Positions 9,110 through 18,139 of a stretch of DNA of 64,000 bases are shown in pieces. Below the pieces are notes generated by a model. The model saw only the letters and a program-made list of their open reading frames with translations, made no database searches and had not been told where the DNA came from. Each line of letters opens with the position of its first letter. Position 1 is the stretch's first letter. This stretch comes from an uncultured virus (IMG/VR IMGVR_UViG_3300042569_002633) (taxonomy: Duplodnaviria; Heunggongvirae; Uroviricota; Caudoviricetes), in the IMG/VR virus record IMGVR_UViG_3300042569_002633; one strand, 5' to 3'. Position numbers and translations under genes: made by a program.

Positions 9110-10789
9110 TTATGAAGTTGTGGACACACACCCGCAAACAATAGCGCTGTCGTTGGTAGTGTAATTTTTTAAATTCCCTCCCCAAGCTTTGAAGTATACT
9201 TTTAGTTCGGTCCCTGTTCTAACTATACTAAATTCAAATTGGTCCGCGTATGTGTCCTCATCCCCGCCTGTTACAAGATCGCCCAGTAAAACGGCATTTT
9301 TCACAGTTGAAGTAGTGAAGTTGAAAAATGCTGCGGGATTATTGAATGCTGAGTCCAATATAACAGTGTTAAATCCATACCCACTAGATGTTGTATTAAC
9401 TCTAAATGTCATAGATTGGTTATTGTCAACTAGATACCCATATCCAGTTTTATTACTGCCTGGATTTGGTACAAATATGGCAAGTGCTTGGTTTCCCCCT
9501 GAAGCTCCGGATATATCAGGATGGAAAAATTCACCAATCTGGTGACGCATTAAATCCGAATCTGATGTTGTACTTATTGCTGCTCCCACTGTGTAAACGT
9601 CCTGTGATCCTGTAATTTTTCCAGTCCAGACATAGAAACTCGTATTATTACTACCGGATGCAGTTTTAGGATTTGGGAAATAGCCACTAGTTTTTTTAGC
9701 AAATTTATTGTTACCGTCCGAATCAGCCAGATAAAAATTATTTGGACTTGCTAAATAAGGTCCGTATTCAGAATACGAAGAAGATCCAGTGTATTTGACA
9801 CTTAATAGATTTTGGCCCGTAGTATAAGATGTAGTTCTATTATAGGTTATCCCATTTTGAACCATTAGAGTGTTTCTGCCAGAATTTATTCTATCAACAC
9901 CAGTAGTCGCTGAAAAAGAAACGGGTCCGGTAAATCCAACATTATTCCACACAGCATTTACCGAGTTTATAGATAGCGTCGTACCAATTCTAAAATCGCC
10001 AGTTGCTGCATAATAGTTAAGATCACTAGAGAATGCTCCGGTTATTCCAGATACTATACTTCCATCAGTGAATCTGACATCGTTATATGAGACGCCATTA
10101 AAGTTTGCAACATTAAATCCAAGTCCACCTCTTGCCTCAAAATTCAATCCATATGCATCGGAGCTACCTGTATTTGTAGTGTACCACTTTATTTTAGGTG
10201 TTAGAGAATTAAAAGGGGAATTGCTTTGGTATTCATATTTGGAAAACTCTAGAAGTGGAAATCCCGTTGTTCCTCCTGTTTCTAGCATTACCTTAGAAAG
10301 CTGTGGATTTTTAACATTAGGACCGGAGGCTCCCGAAAGTACTAATGTTTTTTCGAAGGGAGACGGTAAAGCTATCGTATAGGCCTGTGTGGGATAGCCT
10401 GATGTAAGGCCTGTAGTAGAAGCTGCAATTTCAAAAACACCACTCTGAGACAGTAGAAATCCCTGACTGACCCAGCTATATGTGCCATCCGATTCTATCC
10501 ATTCGAAAACCTCGCAGTCACTAGCTAAATCAACCCAATAATCACCTCCTGTTACACCAGCAGTTGGTCCAGTTTCCTGAACAAACCAAAAATTACCTCT
10601 TTGTCCCTGGAATCCAGCAGGACCTGTGATACCAGTTGCACCATAAGATCCAACTGCTCCTGGTATTCCAACTGACCCGTACGCTCCGTCCCCAGCATTT
10701 ATAATCTGATTAAAATTATAATTCAGCTTATTGGCAATGTCTGCTTGAGAATCTCCTTCCTGTATGTTTAAAAGCCTTAAGTCTATCAT
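9110..10789 (-). CDS. tail fibre-like protein with short collagen-like segment (paralog 2)
   Basis: KLNYNFNQI, Gly-X-Y run, GQRGNFW, GDYWVD. Confidence 0.65.
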   Translation of the reverse strand: MIDLRLLNIQEGDSQADIANKLNYNFNQIINAGDGAYGSVGIPGAVGSYGATGITGPAGFQGQRGNFWFVQETGPTAGVTGGDYWVDLASDCEVFEWIESDGTYSWVSQGFLLSQSGVFEIAASTTGLTSGYPTQAYTIALPSPFEKTLVLSGASGPNVKNPQLSKVMLETGGTTGFPLLEFSKYEYQSNSPFNSLTPKIKWYTTNTGSSDAYGLNFEARGGLGFNVANFNGVSYNDVRFTDGSIVSGITGAFSSDLNYYAATGDFRIGTTLSINSVNAVWNNVGFTGPVSFSATTGVDRINSGRNTLMVQNGITYNRTTSYTTGQNLLSVKYTGSSSYSEYGPYLASPNNFYLADSDGNNKFAKKTSGYFPNPKTASGSNNTSFYVWTGKITGSQDVYTVGAAISTTSDSDLMRHQIGEFFHPDISGASGGNQALAIFVPNPGSNKTGYGYLVDNNQSMTFRVNTTSSGYGFNTVILDSAFNNPAAFFNFTTSTVKNAVLLGDLVTGGDEDTYADQFEFSIVRTGTELKVYFKAWGGNLKNYTTNDSAIVCGCVSTTS

Positions 10790-10794
10790 CTATC

Positions 10795-10802
10795 TATATA
10801 TT
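10795..10802 (-). promoter_or_regulatory. putative late promoter AATATATA
   Basis: Motif variant lying 5 nt upstream of ATG 10789. Confidence 0.5.
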
Positions 10803-10807
10803 GATCA

Positions 10808-11332
10808 TTAAGGGGCTAGCACAAAATATCCACTCCATCCGCCCTTTCCGTTGTAACTATAAGCTTCCCAGAAAACCCAGGGATAAGCAGTTGCACCTGG
10901 TTGTGTGCTTGCTGTTGTAGTTGTATTTGATCCAAACACAGTAACCTCTATCTGAGAACATATGTTAAAATTAGAGGTAGTAGCACCAAATATAAAATAA
11001 TCAGAATTGAGCGTCTGAGGCCTAGTTGTACCGTTCCAGAACCCTATAAAAGAGAAACCGCTGAGTGAGGGAGTAGAAGAACTGGGTATAGGTCTATCAC
11101 ATATTATTCTCAGCTTAACAGCCTCGCTCTTTGGTATAGCGTCTATTGAAATATAATTATCCAAATTAAATCCAATGCCCAGATAAGCCCCATTAGCCCC
11201 AGCTGTAGCAGTGCTGTCTGTTCCAACAGCGCCATAAGATGGATCTATAAAGATAGTTCTAGAATCTATTAGATCAAAATATGGTATTTCATACCAATTT
11301 ATTTTATTTCTTAACTGAGGAGGAGCTGCCAT
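10808..11332 (-). CDS. putative fibre tip domain protein (C-terminal counterpart of 11349..12539)
   Basis: 174-aa beta-rich ORF; 396+174 aa approximates the paralog lengths of 559 and 575 aa. Confidence 0.55.
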   Translation of the reverse strand: MAAPPQLRNKINWYEIPYFDLIDSRTIFIDPSYGAVGTDSTATAGANGAYLGIGFNLDNYISIDAIPKSEAVKLRIICDRPIPSSSTPSLSGFSFIGFWNGTTRPQTLNSDYFIFGATTSNFNICSQIEVTVFGSNTTTTASTQPGATAYPWVFWEAYSYNGKGGWSGYFVLAP

Positions 11333-11348
11333 ATTCTAAAATAAATAT

Positions 11349-12539
11349 TTAAGGGGTAGTCCAAGTAAAGACTGGACTGTTAGTATTATTATAGTACTTT
11401 TCCGAAGTTTTTTTCGTATAAACTTTACCATTTGATCTAATTTCCAAAACAGTACCAGATTGTCCGGAAGAAAACTTAGCTAAATTGACCCCAGTTGATG
11501 CATTCAGAGATGAGCCATAGTCAAAAAGTCTAGTAACACGGAACGGTATCTGTAAATAAGGTTGCGTAGAGATAGAATCACCGGCATTTTTAGTGATGTT
11601 GAAGTATCCATCATTCTTTGCTACGTTTGGAATAAAATTAAAATTAAATTTTATTCCCACGGAAGAGTCGTTTCCAAAGTCAGCGTATGATTGAGTGATT
11701 AGAATATTAGTAGTTCCTGCAGATAATAAATTACCACCTGGTGCATTGAGTACAATGTTTCCGCCAACAGTCATATTTTGATTTGCTAGAGTTATGGAGC
11801 TAGCCAGGGATTCGAACTTAATCTGATTGGATGCGGTTATACTCATATATCCTGTAGCACCGCCGCCAAAATCAATCTTATATGGCCCATAAGGAACGAT
11901 CGAATCTAAATTCAGACTATCGCCCCACGAGAAAAATGGATGCTTAACGAAATCTGACGTTGCACCAGTTGATCCCGCTGTATCTAAATCAGCTCTGCTG
12001 AATTCCAGGAGGTAGTCGGAAGCTATATCGGTGTTAGTGGACACAACGAATTTAGCACCCTGTGGATTTAAGTTACCGGCTTGCTCCGGATTATCGTCTG
12101 CAACAACAAATGCAAAATCCTGTAGATCCCCCTGATTTAAAGCCACAGCTACACCATAGCTTTGACCACTAGGTCCAACAACACCAGTTATATTCTTAAA
12201 TAAGTCCTGATCTCTTTGTAGACTGGCAATGTAATTCCACCCAGTAGCTCCGTAGATATAACAATCTGCGTTTGCATCCATCCAAAAATCTCCGGTGTTC
12301 ACATCTAGCCCGGTTGGGCCAGAGACCTGTACGAACCATCTGCTTCCTCTTCTTCCGGTTTCTCCTGTTGAACCAGCCGGTCCAGCATGTCCTATAGTTC
12401 CTCTTTCCCCCGTAGGTCCTTGATCACCTAGAGTGCCGCCCATAGCATTGGACATCTGATTAAAATTCTGGTTCAGCTTGCTAACCAAATCAGATTGTGG
12501 ATCTGCGGGATAAAAAGTTTGTAAATTTAGTCTAGACAT
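11349..12539 (-). CDS. tail fibre-like protein with short collagen-like segment (paralog 1)
   Basis: KLNQNFNQM, Gly-X-Y run, GRRGSRW, GDFWMD; also LLEFS, shared with paralog 2. Confidence 0.65.
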   Translation of the reverse strand: MSRLNLQTFYPADPQSDLVSKLNQNFNQMSNAMGGTLGDQGPTGERGTIGHAGPAGSTGETGRRGSRWFVQVSGPTGLDVNTGDFWMDANADCYIYGATGWNYIASLQRDQDLFKNITGVVGPSGQSYGVAVALNQGDLQDFAFVVADDNPEQAGNLNPQGAKFVVSTNTDIASDYLLEFSRADLDTAGSTGATSDFVKHPFFSWGDSLNLDSIVPYGPYKIDFGGGATGYMSITASNQIKFESLASSITLANQNMTVGGNIVLNAPGGNLLSAGTTNILITQSYADFGNDSSVGIKFNFNFIPNVAKNDGYFNITKNAGDSISTQPYLQIPFRVTRLFDYGSSLNASTGVNLAKFSSGQSGTVLEIRSNGKVYTKKTSEKYYNNTNSPVFTWTTP

Positions 12540-12544
12540 TCCTA

Positions 12545-15500
12545 TTAAATTTTATCTATATTAAATCTGAATATAATCTGGTAATTAAAATTGGGTTCCA
12601 GCTTATATGTGAAATTATAAACTAAATTATTAACCTTAGTTAGGATTAAGTTCTTATCTGGTAAATATCCATTTCTTAATCTTTCCGATGCAGCTATATC
12701 ACCTCTAACCTGGTATTTTGCATCCTGCGTACCCGTTGCTGTCTTTTTAGCATAGACAAGTAATACAGATCCTTCATATACAGGTGCTATATTCAATTCA
12801 AGATAAGACAGTATATCATCCTGTATAGAAGCAGGATCACCTACCCCAAATTCAGATATAATGTTATCCAAGAAAACGTTTCCTACGCCATCATTCATTA
12901 GATATCTTCTTAGCATTCTATCCAATCTAATTACACCTGTTATAGTTGTGGCGTTTGGTTTTTGCCAGAATATCTCAACATTAGGAAATATATTAACATT
13001 CAGTGACTGAATAGGAATAGATGTATTATAGGGTAGAAGTACACCTATACCTGATGCCGAATTAGAGGTCGTTATATTCTGTATGGTGATTAATGAATTG
13101 AAAGCATCTGTGTTTATAGTGCTAACGTCGCTAGTCCCGGCGGTATTACTCAGCTGAAGAACTATCTGATTATCTATAATGATATTCTTTGGAGTCTTCA
13201 TCATCTTACTTCCAAGAAAGCTTTTTTGCTCAATCATGGACCTAGTACCAGCAACTGGTGTTTCCACAGTAGCCGAAGTGTACTTGTTGTAATATCCAGC
13301 ATCCCACGAGGACTGGAAAACGTTAAAATCTTTTCTAGCAATAGGTGTTTGACCAACGAGTGGGTATCTTGGACCTGCTGGTAATTTCTCGCTAGCCTGT
13401 AGAATATTGTTTTCCGATACCTTTGTGTAATTCAGATTTCTTATTAATCCAAAATCGAGTGTTTGAGGAGAAAAGGTACAGTTTCTAAATGATAAATTTA
13501 TTCCCGTGTTAGGTATGGTATCGTCCTTATCAGACTGGAAGAATATCGTCTTCCTAAACATGGGCTCGTATTTTCCAGAATGCCTAAGAAGTTGAGACGG
13601 AACACCTGCTGGTAAAACCTGTATATCGTAAGAATTAGCTTGCCTCACAGATTCAGTCTGTGGACCTCTTCCTGGTATCAATCCGGGTCTAAAGCTAGCA
13701 GCAGTAGACGAATAAACTTTAACAGGTCTGGATTCTGCAATTTTATACAGTTCAGCTGGATCCTCGAAGTAGATAGAAAAATCATCCGGTTTTACAGAAG
13801 ACGTTGATGTGGAATCGTTATAAAAATAAGATTCGTAGGTAACATAGGAATTAAGAGCATTTACTTTATCAGCAACATAAGAAAAAGAAGTTCTTTTTGC
13901 TATGAAATCAAAATAATTTTGTCCTCCTTCTACTTGAAAAACAGGCTTGTTTCTATAGATACTGCTAGCACCGACAGGAACGGTAACAGGACTTGAAAAT
14001 GAGAAAGGTACGGTAAAATAATAATTGCCATTTTGTCCCACTGGTCCAAATTCTAAAAATCTCTCGCCAACTCCAGTTGCCCAAGGGTACTGAGTTCCTA
14101 TATCAGGTACGGAGAAACTTCCTGGTCCTTGATAACTCAATCCCGAAGCTGAAGCGCTATTTGGGTACGTTAGATTAACCTCCTCTCTTAAATCTGTATC
14201 GTAGCTGGGATTTGGTGTTATCACTATCCTTCCAGGATTTGTTGAAGTATTAACAATACTGCCTGATGCATTAGATAGATTTAAAGCTGCACTTAGTTTT
14301 GTATCCGCAATAGTATATAAAGGCTGTCCGTTAACAAAAGATGAAGCAAGCTCGTTCTTGTCGCTCAGAGTATAAAGGAGGGTATAGTCAGCTATAGGTG
14401 ATCCGCCAGTTCCCCCGGTATATCCCAATGGTTGTAGCTTATAGTCATTCATCACAACATCAATCAGCATAATTATAAACTTCTGGGTGTTGTTTTCTAT
14501 GAATCTGTATGATACGGGAGTTTGTATTGTAGTGGAATTCTCCGGGATTACTCTTAGCAGAGAAGCATATCTATATCCCTCATATCCTCTATATCCATCG
14601 ACATAAAGATTAACATCGTTTCCTTGGATATCAGCTTTGAAATCAGATCTTTTCTTTAATACAACTTTTGCTCCTCTAAAGATAGTTTCATAATAACCGT
14701 TACCCTCGTTGTAGGTAAACTCTGTAAATAGCTCCTTTGTCTGATCTGTCAAATCTTGATATTCAGATGGATAATCCTCAGGTGTTACTGTAAAGTAAGA
14801 CGGCAAATAATCAGAAGAATTAGGTGTTGTATCTACAGCTGAACCAAGATCTATAGGTCCAGCCATATAACTTTGTTGATCCTTCATAAATTCTACAGGA
14901 AATTCCCTTGGTACATTTTCCAGAAGGAACCATTCGTGAGTCAAATACTTAGGGTCAGGATAGAAATTCTGGAACGTAGGTGAAAAGTTACTTGGAGAAA
15001 AAGAAGGACTAAGATTTAATCTATATTGGTGACCTCTAGAATCAGTACCGTTTTTATATCCCCATTTATTTATGAAAGGAACTATTCTAGATAAATTAGC
15101 TCTTTCAATTGTGTAATTCTCCTGTAAATAAGAGTACTCGCTAGCAAGCAATCCGTAATTAAATTGCTGCTCTTTTGTTGCATTATTTGGCTGTAAATTA
15201 GTTTGCTCTATCGATCTGATACCAATGAACCCCTGGAAGCTGTTTAGATTTTTTTCATATCCAGTATCTGTACTATATGTCTCATATAAAGCATTGGAAA
15301 ACTCAAGAGGATAAACAACAGGAATTATCGTTGATGTATTATTATTTGTAAAACTAGAAGCACCGCTAACACCGGTGAAGGTGTTAGTTCCATTATAAAG
15401 AATGCCGTTATAATAGACGGATCCGTTCTTTACATAATAAGGTATATCAGCTACTATTTCTCCTTCCGTATCGGGTAAAAGTTGGAAATATCGGAACGTC

Positions 15501-18046
15501 TCGTAATTTGGATTTATACCATATACAGATGACCAAAAATCGAAATCAAAATCCTTGAAATCAAAAAATGTAAATACGCCAGTTTTTAAAATATAGGGTT
15601 CAAATACATTGAACTTCGAATCAGAGCCTAGAACTATTTGTTCATACGGGTCAGCAATAACAGCAGTTCTAAATAGACTATAGTCATTAAATCCAGTAAC
15701 AAGTTTGGTGTTTGTATCATATATCGGATCGTCAACATATCTACCAACCTCCTGTATTCTGGAGAATCCCTGCTTGGTTTGTATGAAGTTACCTATTCTG
15801 ACAATATTTAAAATATCATCGTCAAAGGATACCCTAACTAGAGGCTTATCTGTACCACCTTGAAAATACTTAACTCCGGAAACTGAGGCTGCGTCTTCGT
15901 CTTTAATATTAAGGTATCCGCTGCTAGAAAATGAATAATATTTTTCCCAGGTAGTTCCCTCTAAAACATCAGGATTTTGATTGGACGAGGAAGGGGAAGC
16001 GGTAACGTTTGAAAGTGCCTGGTAATATTGGCTGCCATATCTTACAATGTCACCAATAGAATATGCGCTAGATGGTGACCACATCCATTGATATTTTGAT
16101 TCAAAATAGTCATAGTCATCGAAAACCGATATGTAATAGGTGGAATTGCCTATATCGTTAGCATTTTTAACTCTAATTATAGAGCTAGATTCAACTGTAC
16201 CAGAATCCCACACCAATTCAGAAACTTCATAAACTGAAGTTGAAAAAGAATTAGCTATGTCACCGGTAGTACCTGCAGATGCGTTAAAATAATAGTCGTT
16301 CCCGCTACTATATGTACTACCAGCTACCCAAACTATCGTAGCAGAAAAATCACCACTTCTAATTATATCAAATCTCTCCGCTCCCTCCGATCTAGATCCC
16401 TGTGGCCAATATACCTTGATCACAATATCTTTGCTTGGGATATTCCAAGGTTGTAGGAATTCTATGTTGAAATAAGGGTTTCCGTTTTTACCGGCTATAA
16501 ATCCATTGGCACTCACAGCTTGATTCTCTATACCTGTGAAGTTTAAAAGATCCACTGATGTGTTCTGTAAAACAAAAGTTCCTGCAGTGCATCCGGTAGA
16601 TCCAGTAGCACTAAAGAATTCTGTAGAAGGATCATAAGGGCCGTAACCATAAGGAGAACTTGCAGTTACTGAACTATCCCAGTTATCGGTTCTCTTAAGT
16701 GAATAAAAGTTATCGTTCTTATCGGTTACATAAAATAACTTCAAAGAGCTAGTCGAATTAGTGTCATTTGATCCAGGAAGGAATCCACTTGCTCCCTCAT
16801 AATATAATCTAACACCTGCGGTAGCAGCTACCGGATATGATGTATTGTCGTAATAATATCCGAATGCATTTCTGCTAGGTATTGGATAATTTTGATTACC
16901 CTCTGAATTTCTAAATTGATAAAGGAATTCACCATTTAGTATAAATTCACCAGTGTCATTTCTAGAAACATAAGCTCCGTAATATCTATTGATATCATAG
17001 TCAATTGCTTCAGAATCATCAAAAAGGAATTCAAGATTTAAAAGACTAGGACAAATTATTCCATTTCTAGAAAATCCTTCTGTGATAAATCTTTCCAAGT
17101 CGATTTGTACAGTTGAATCAGAGCTTGTGAAATAATCCCAGGTCAATTCACCCGCTTGTGTGTAAACTCCAGAATTTACAGATATACCATTGAAATATGT
17201 AAATCCGCCATCCCCTAGATTAATGTTCACTGGTGAATACGATTCCCCAATGTCCGAAAATATACCTCTGATATAGTTACCTATTCTTGTACCAGACCTG
17301 AGATCGAAAGTTTTTATTACGCCGGAATTTGGTAATATTTTATCGGTAAAATAAGTCTGTACATCATCTACATTATCAATGTTATAGAGTTCATCGAATA
17401 TAACAACAGATCCGCTTCCTGAAAAAATGCTATATGATGTTAGAGAGTTTAGACCAGTGAAAAAATCTCCACTTTGATAATAAACTGGATTTCCACTTCC
17501 GTCTACTCCGTATCTGACCACAAAATTATCCTGATCGTAATTCTTAACCACCTTATACTTCACACCAGAATTGATAACAGTCTGATTCTGTGAATATGTA
17601 TAGGAAAGAGGTCCAGGTACTTTGAATATAACAAAGAAATCAGGTATCTCACTCTTTACCCAAAGTGGTGCAAAATAAGAGAAGTCTTCCGGATAATTTT
17701 TATCTATAAGTGTTTGAGCACCAGCAGAATATAAAAAATCATATTGCCCTGCATAGTTATTAGTGGATTGATTCTCACCGTTTGTCAATTGACCAACCTT
17801 AAAAACAATGCTTCTAGATATTAGGCTAGGGTTAAAGAATTGAAAAAGATCCTGTGCGTATGTTTTTTCTCCGGTAACATTATACTTTTTAAAAGTATCA
17901 GTACTTAAAGCGGTATCCGCATTAATCGAATTCAGCCAAACCCCTCCATCTGAATCAACAGTGATTTTTACATTTCCCGATAAAACGGGATTTGTTCTCA
18001 TTAAAGAGAATGAGGTGTTGTAGTCGTATAACTTTTGAAATGCCAT
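12545..18046 (-). CDS. very large virion structural protein with an internal CBM5/12-like module
   Basis: 1833-aa ORF in the structural cluster; WSPSSAYSIGDIVRYGSQYYQA...P....TTW motif. Confidence 0.65.
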   Translation of the reverse strand: MAFQKLYDYNTSFSLMRTNPVLSGNVKITVDSDGGVWLNSINADTALSTDTFKKYNVTGEKTYAQDLFQFFNPSLISRSIVFKVGQLTNGENQSTNNYAGQYDFLYSAGAQTLIDKNYPEDFSYFAPLWVKSEIPDFFVIFKVPGPLSYTYSQNQTVINSGVKYKVVKNYDQDNFVVRYGVDGSGNPVYYQSGDFFTGLNSLTSYSIFSGSGSVVIFDELYNIDNVDDVQTYFTDKILPNSGVIKTFDLRSGTRIGNYIRGIFSDIGESYSPVNINLGDGGFTYFNGISVNSGVYTQAGELTWDYFTSSDSTVQIDLERFITEGFSRNGIICPSLLNLEFLFDDSEAIDYDINRYYGAYVSRNDTGEFILNGEFLYQFRNSEGNQNYPIPSRNAFGYYYDNTSYPVAATAGVRLYYEGASGFLPGSNDTNSTSSLKLFYVTDKNDNFYSLKRTDNWDSSVTASSPYGYGPYDPSTEFFSATGSTGCTAGTFVLQNTSVDLLNFTGIENQAVSANGFIAGKNGNPYFNIEFLQPWNIPSKDIVIKVYWPQGSRSEGAERFDIIRSGDFSATIVWVAGSTYSSGNDYYFNASAGTTGDIANSFSTSVYEVSELVWDSGTVESSSIIRVKNANDIGNSTYYISVFDDYDYFESKYQWMWSPSSAYSIGDIVRYGSQYYQALSNVTASPSSSNQNPDVLEGTTWEKYYSFSSSGYLNIKDEDAASVSGVKYFQGGTDKPLVRVSFDDDILNIVRIGNFIQTKQGFSRIQEVGRYVDDPIYDTNTKLVTGFNDYSLFRTAVIADPYEQIVLGSDSKFNVFEPYILKTGVFTFFDFKDFDFDFWSSVYGINPNYETFRYFQLLPDTEGEIVADIPYYVKNGSVYYNGILYNGTNTFTGVSGASSFTNNNTSTIIPVVYPLEFSNALYETYSTDTGYEKNLNSFQGFIGIRSIEQTNLQPNNATKEQQFNYGLLASEYSYLQENYTIERANLSRIVPFINKWGYKNGTDSRGHQYRLNLSPSFSPSNFSPTFQNFYPDPKYLTHEWFLLENVPREFPVEFMKDQQSYMAGPIDLGSAVDTTPNSSDYLPSYFTVTPEDYPSEYQDLTDQTKELFTEFTYNEGNGYYETIFRGAKVVLKKRSDFKADIQGNDVNLYVDGYRGYEGYRYASLLRVIPENSTTIQTPVSYRFIENNTQKFIIMLIDVVMNDYKLQPLGYTGGTGGSPIADYTLLYTLSDKNELASSFVNGQPLYTIADTKLSAALNLSNASGSIVNTSTNPGRIVITPNPSYDTDLREEVNLTYPNSASASGLSYQGPGSFSVPDIGTQYPWATGVGERFLEFGPVGQNGNYYFTVPFSFSSPVTVPVGASSIYRNKPVFQVEGGQNYFDFIAKRTSFSYVADKVNALNSYVTYESYFYNDSTSTSSVKPDDFSIYFEDPAELYKIAESRPVKVYSSTAASFRPGLIPGRGPQTESVRQANSYDIQVLPAGVPSQLLRHSGKYEPMFRKTIFFQSDKDDTIPNTGINLSFRNCTFSPQTLDFGLIRNLNYTKVSENNILQASEKLPAGPRYPLVGQTPIARKDFNVFQSSWDAGYYNKYTSATVETPVAGTRSMIEQKSFLGSKMMKTPKNIIIDNQIVLQLSNTAGTSDVSTINTDAFNSLITIQNITTSNSASGIGVLLPYNTSIPIQSLNVNIFPNVEIFWQKPNATTITGVIRLDRMLRRYLMNDGVGNVFLDNIISEFGVGDPASIQDDILSYLELNIAPVYEGSVLLVYAKKTATGTQDAKYQVRGDIAASERLRNGYLPDKNLILTKVNNLVYNFTYKLEPNFNYQIIFRFNIDKI

Positions 18047-18076
18047 TTACTAATAATTATTAGAATCTGTTATTAG

Positions 18077-18084
18077 TATTTATC
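18077..18084 (-). promoter_or_regulatory. putative late promoter GATAAATA
   Basis: One mismatch from T4 TATAAATA; intergenic, upstream of ATG 18046. Confidence 0.6.
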
Positions 18085-18139
18085 ATCGATTAAAAAGGCT
18101 GTCAATTCCATTTGTTCAATCCAAAATAGAATTACCATT

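Noticed and set aside
18077..18105. TTGACA-N17-TAAATA as a sigma70 promoter before the 1833-aa gene
   Set aside because: The -10 match is only 3/6 and overlaps the better-supported late octamer; TTGACA may be chance.
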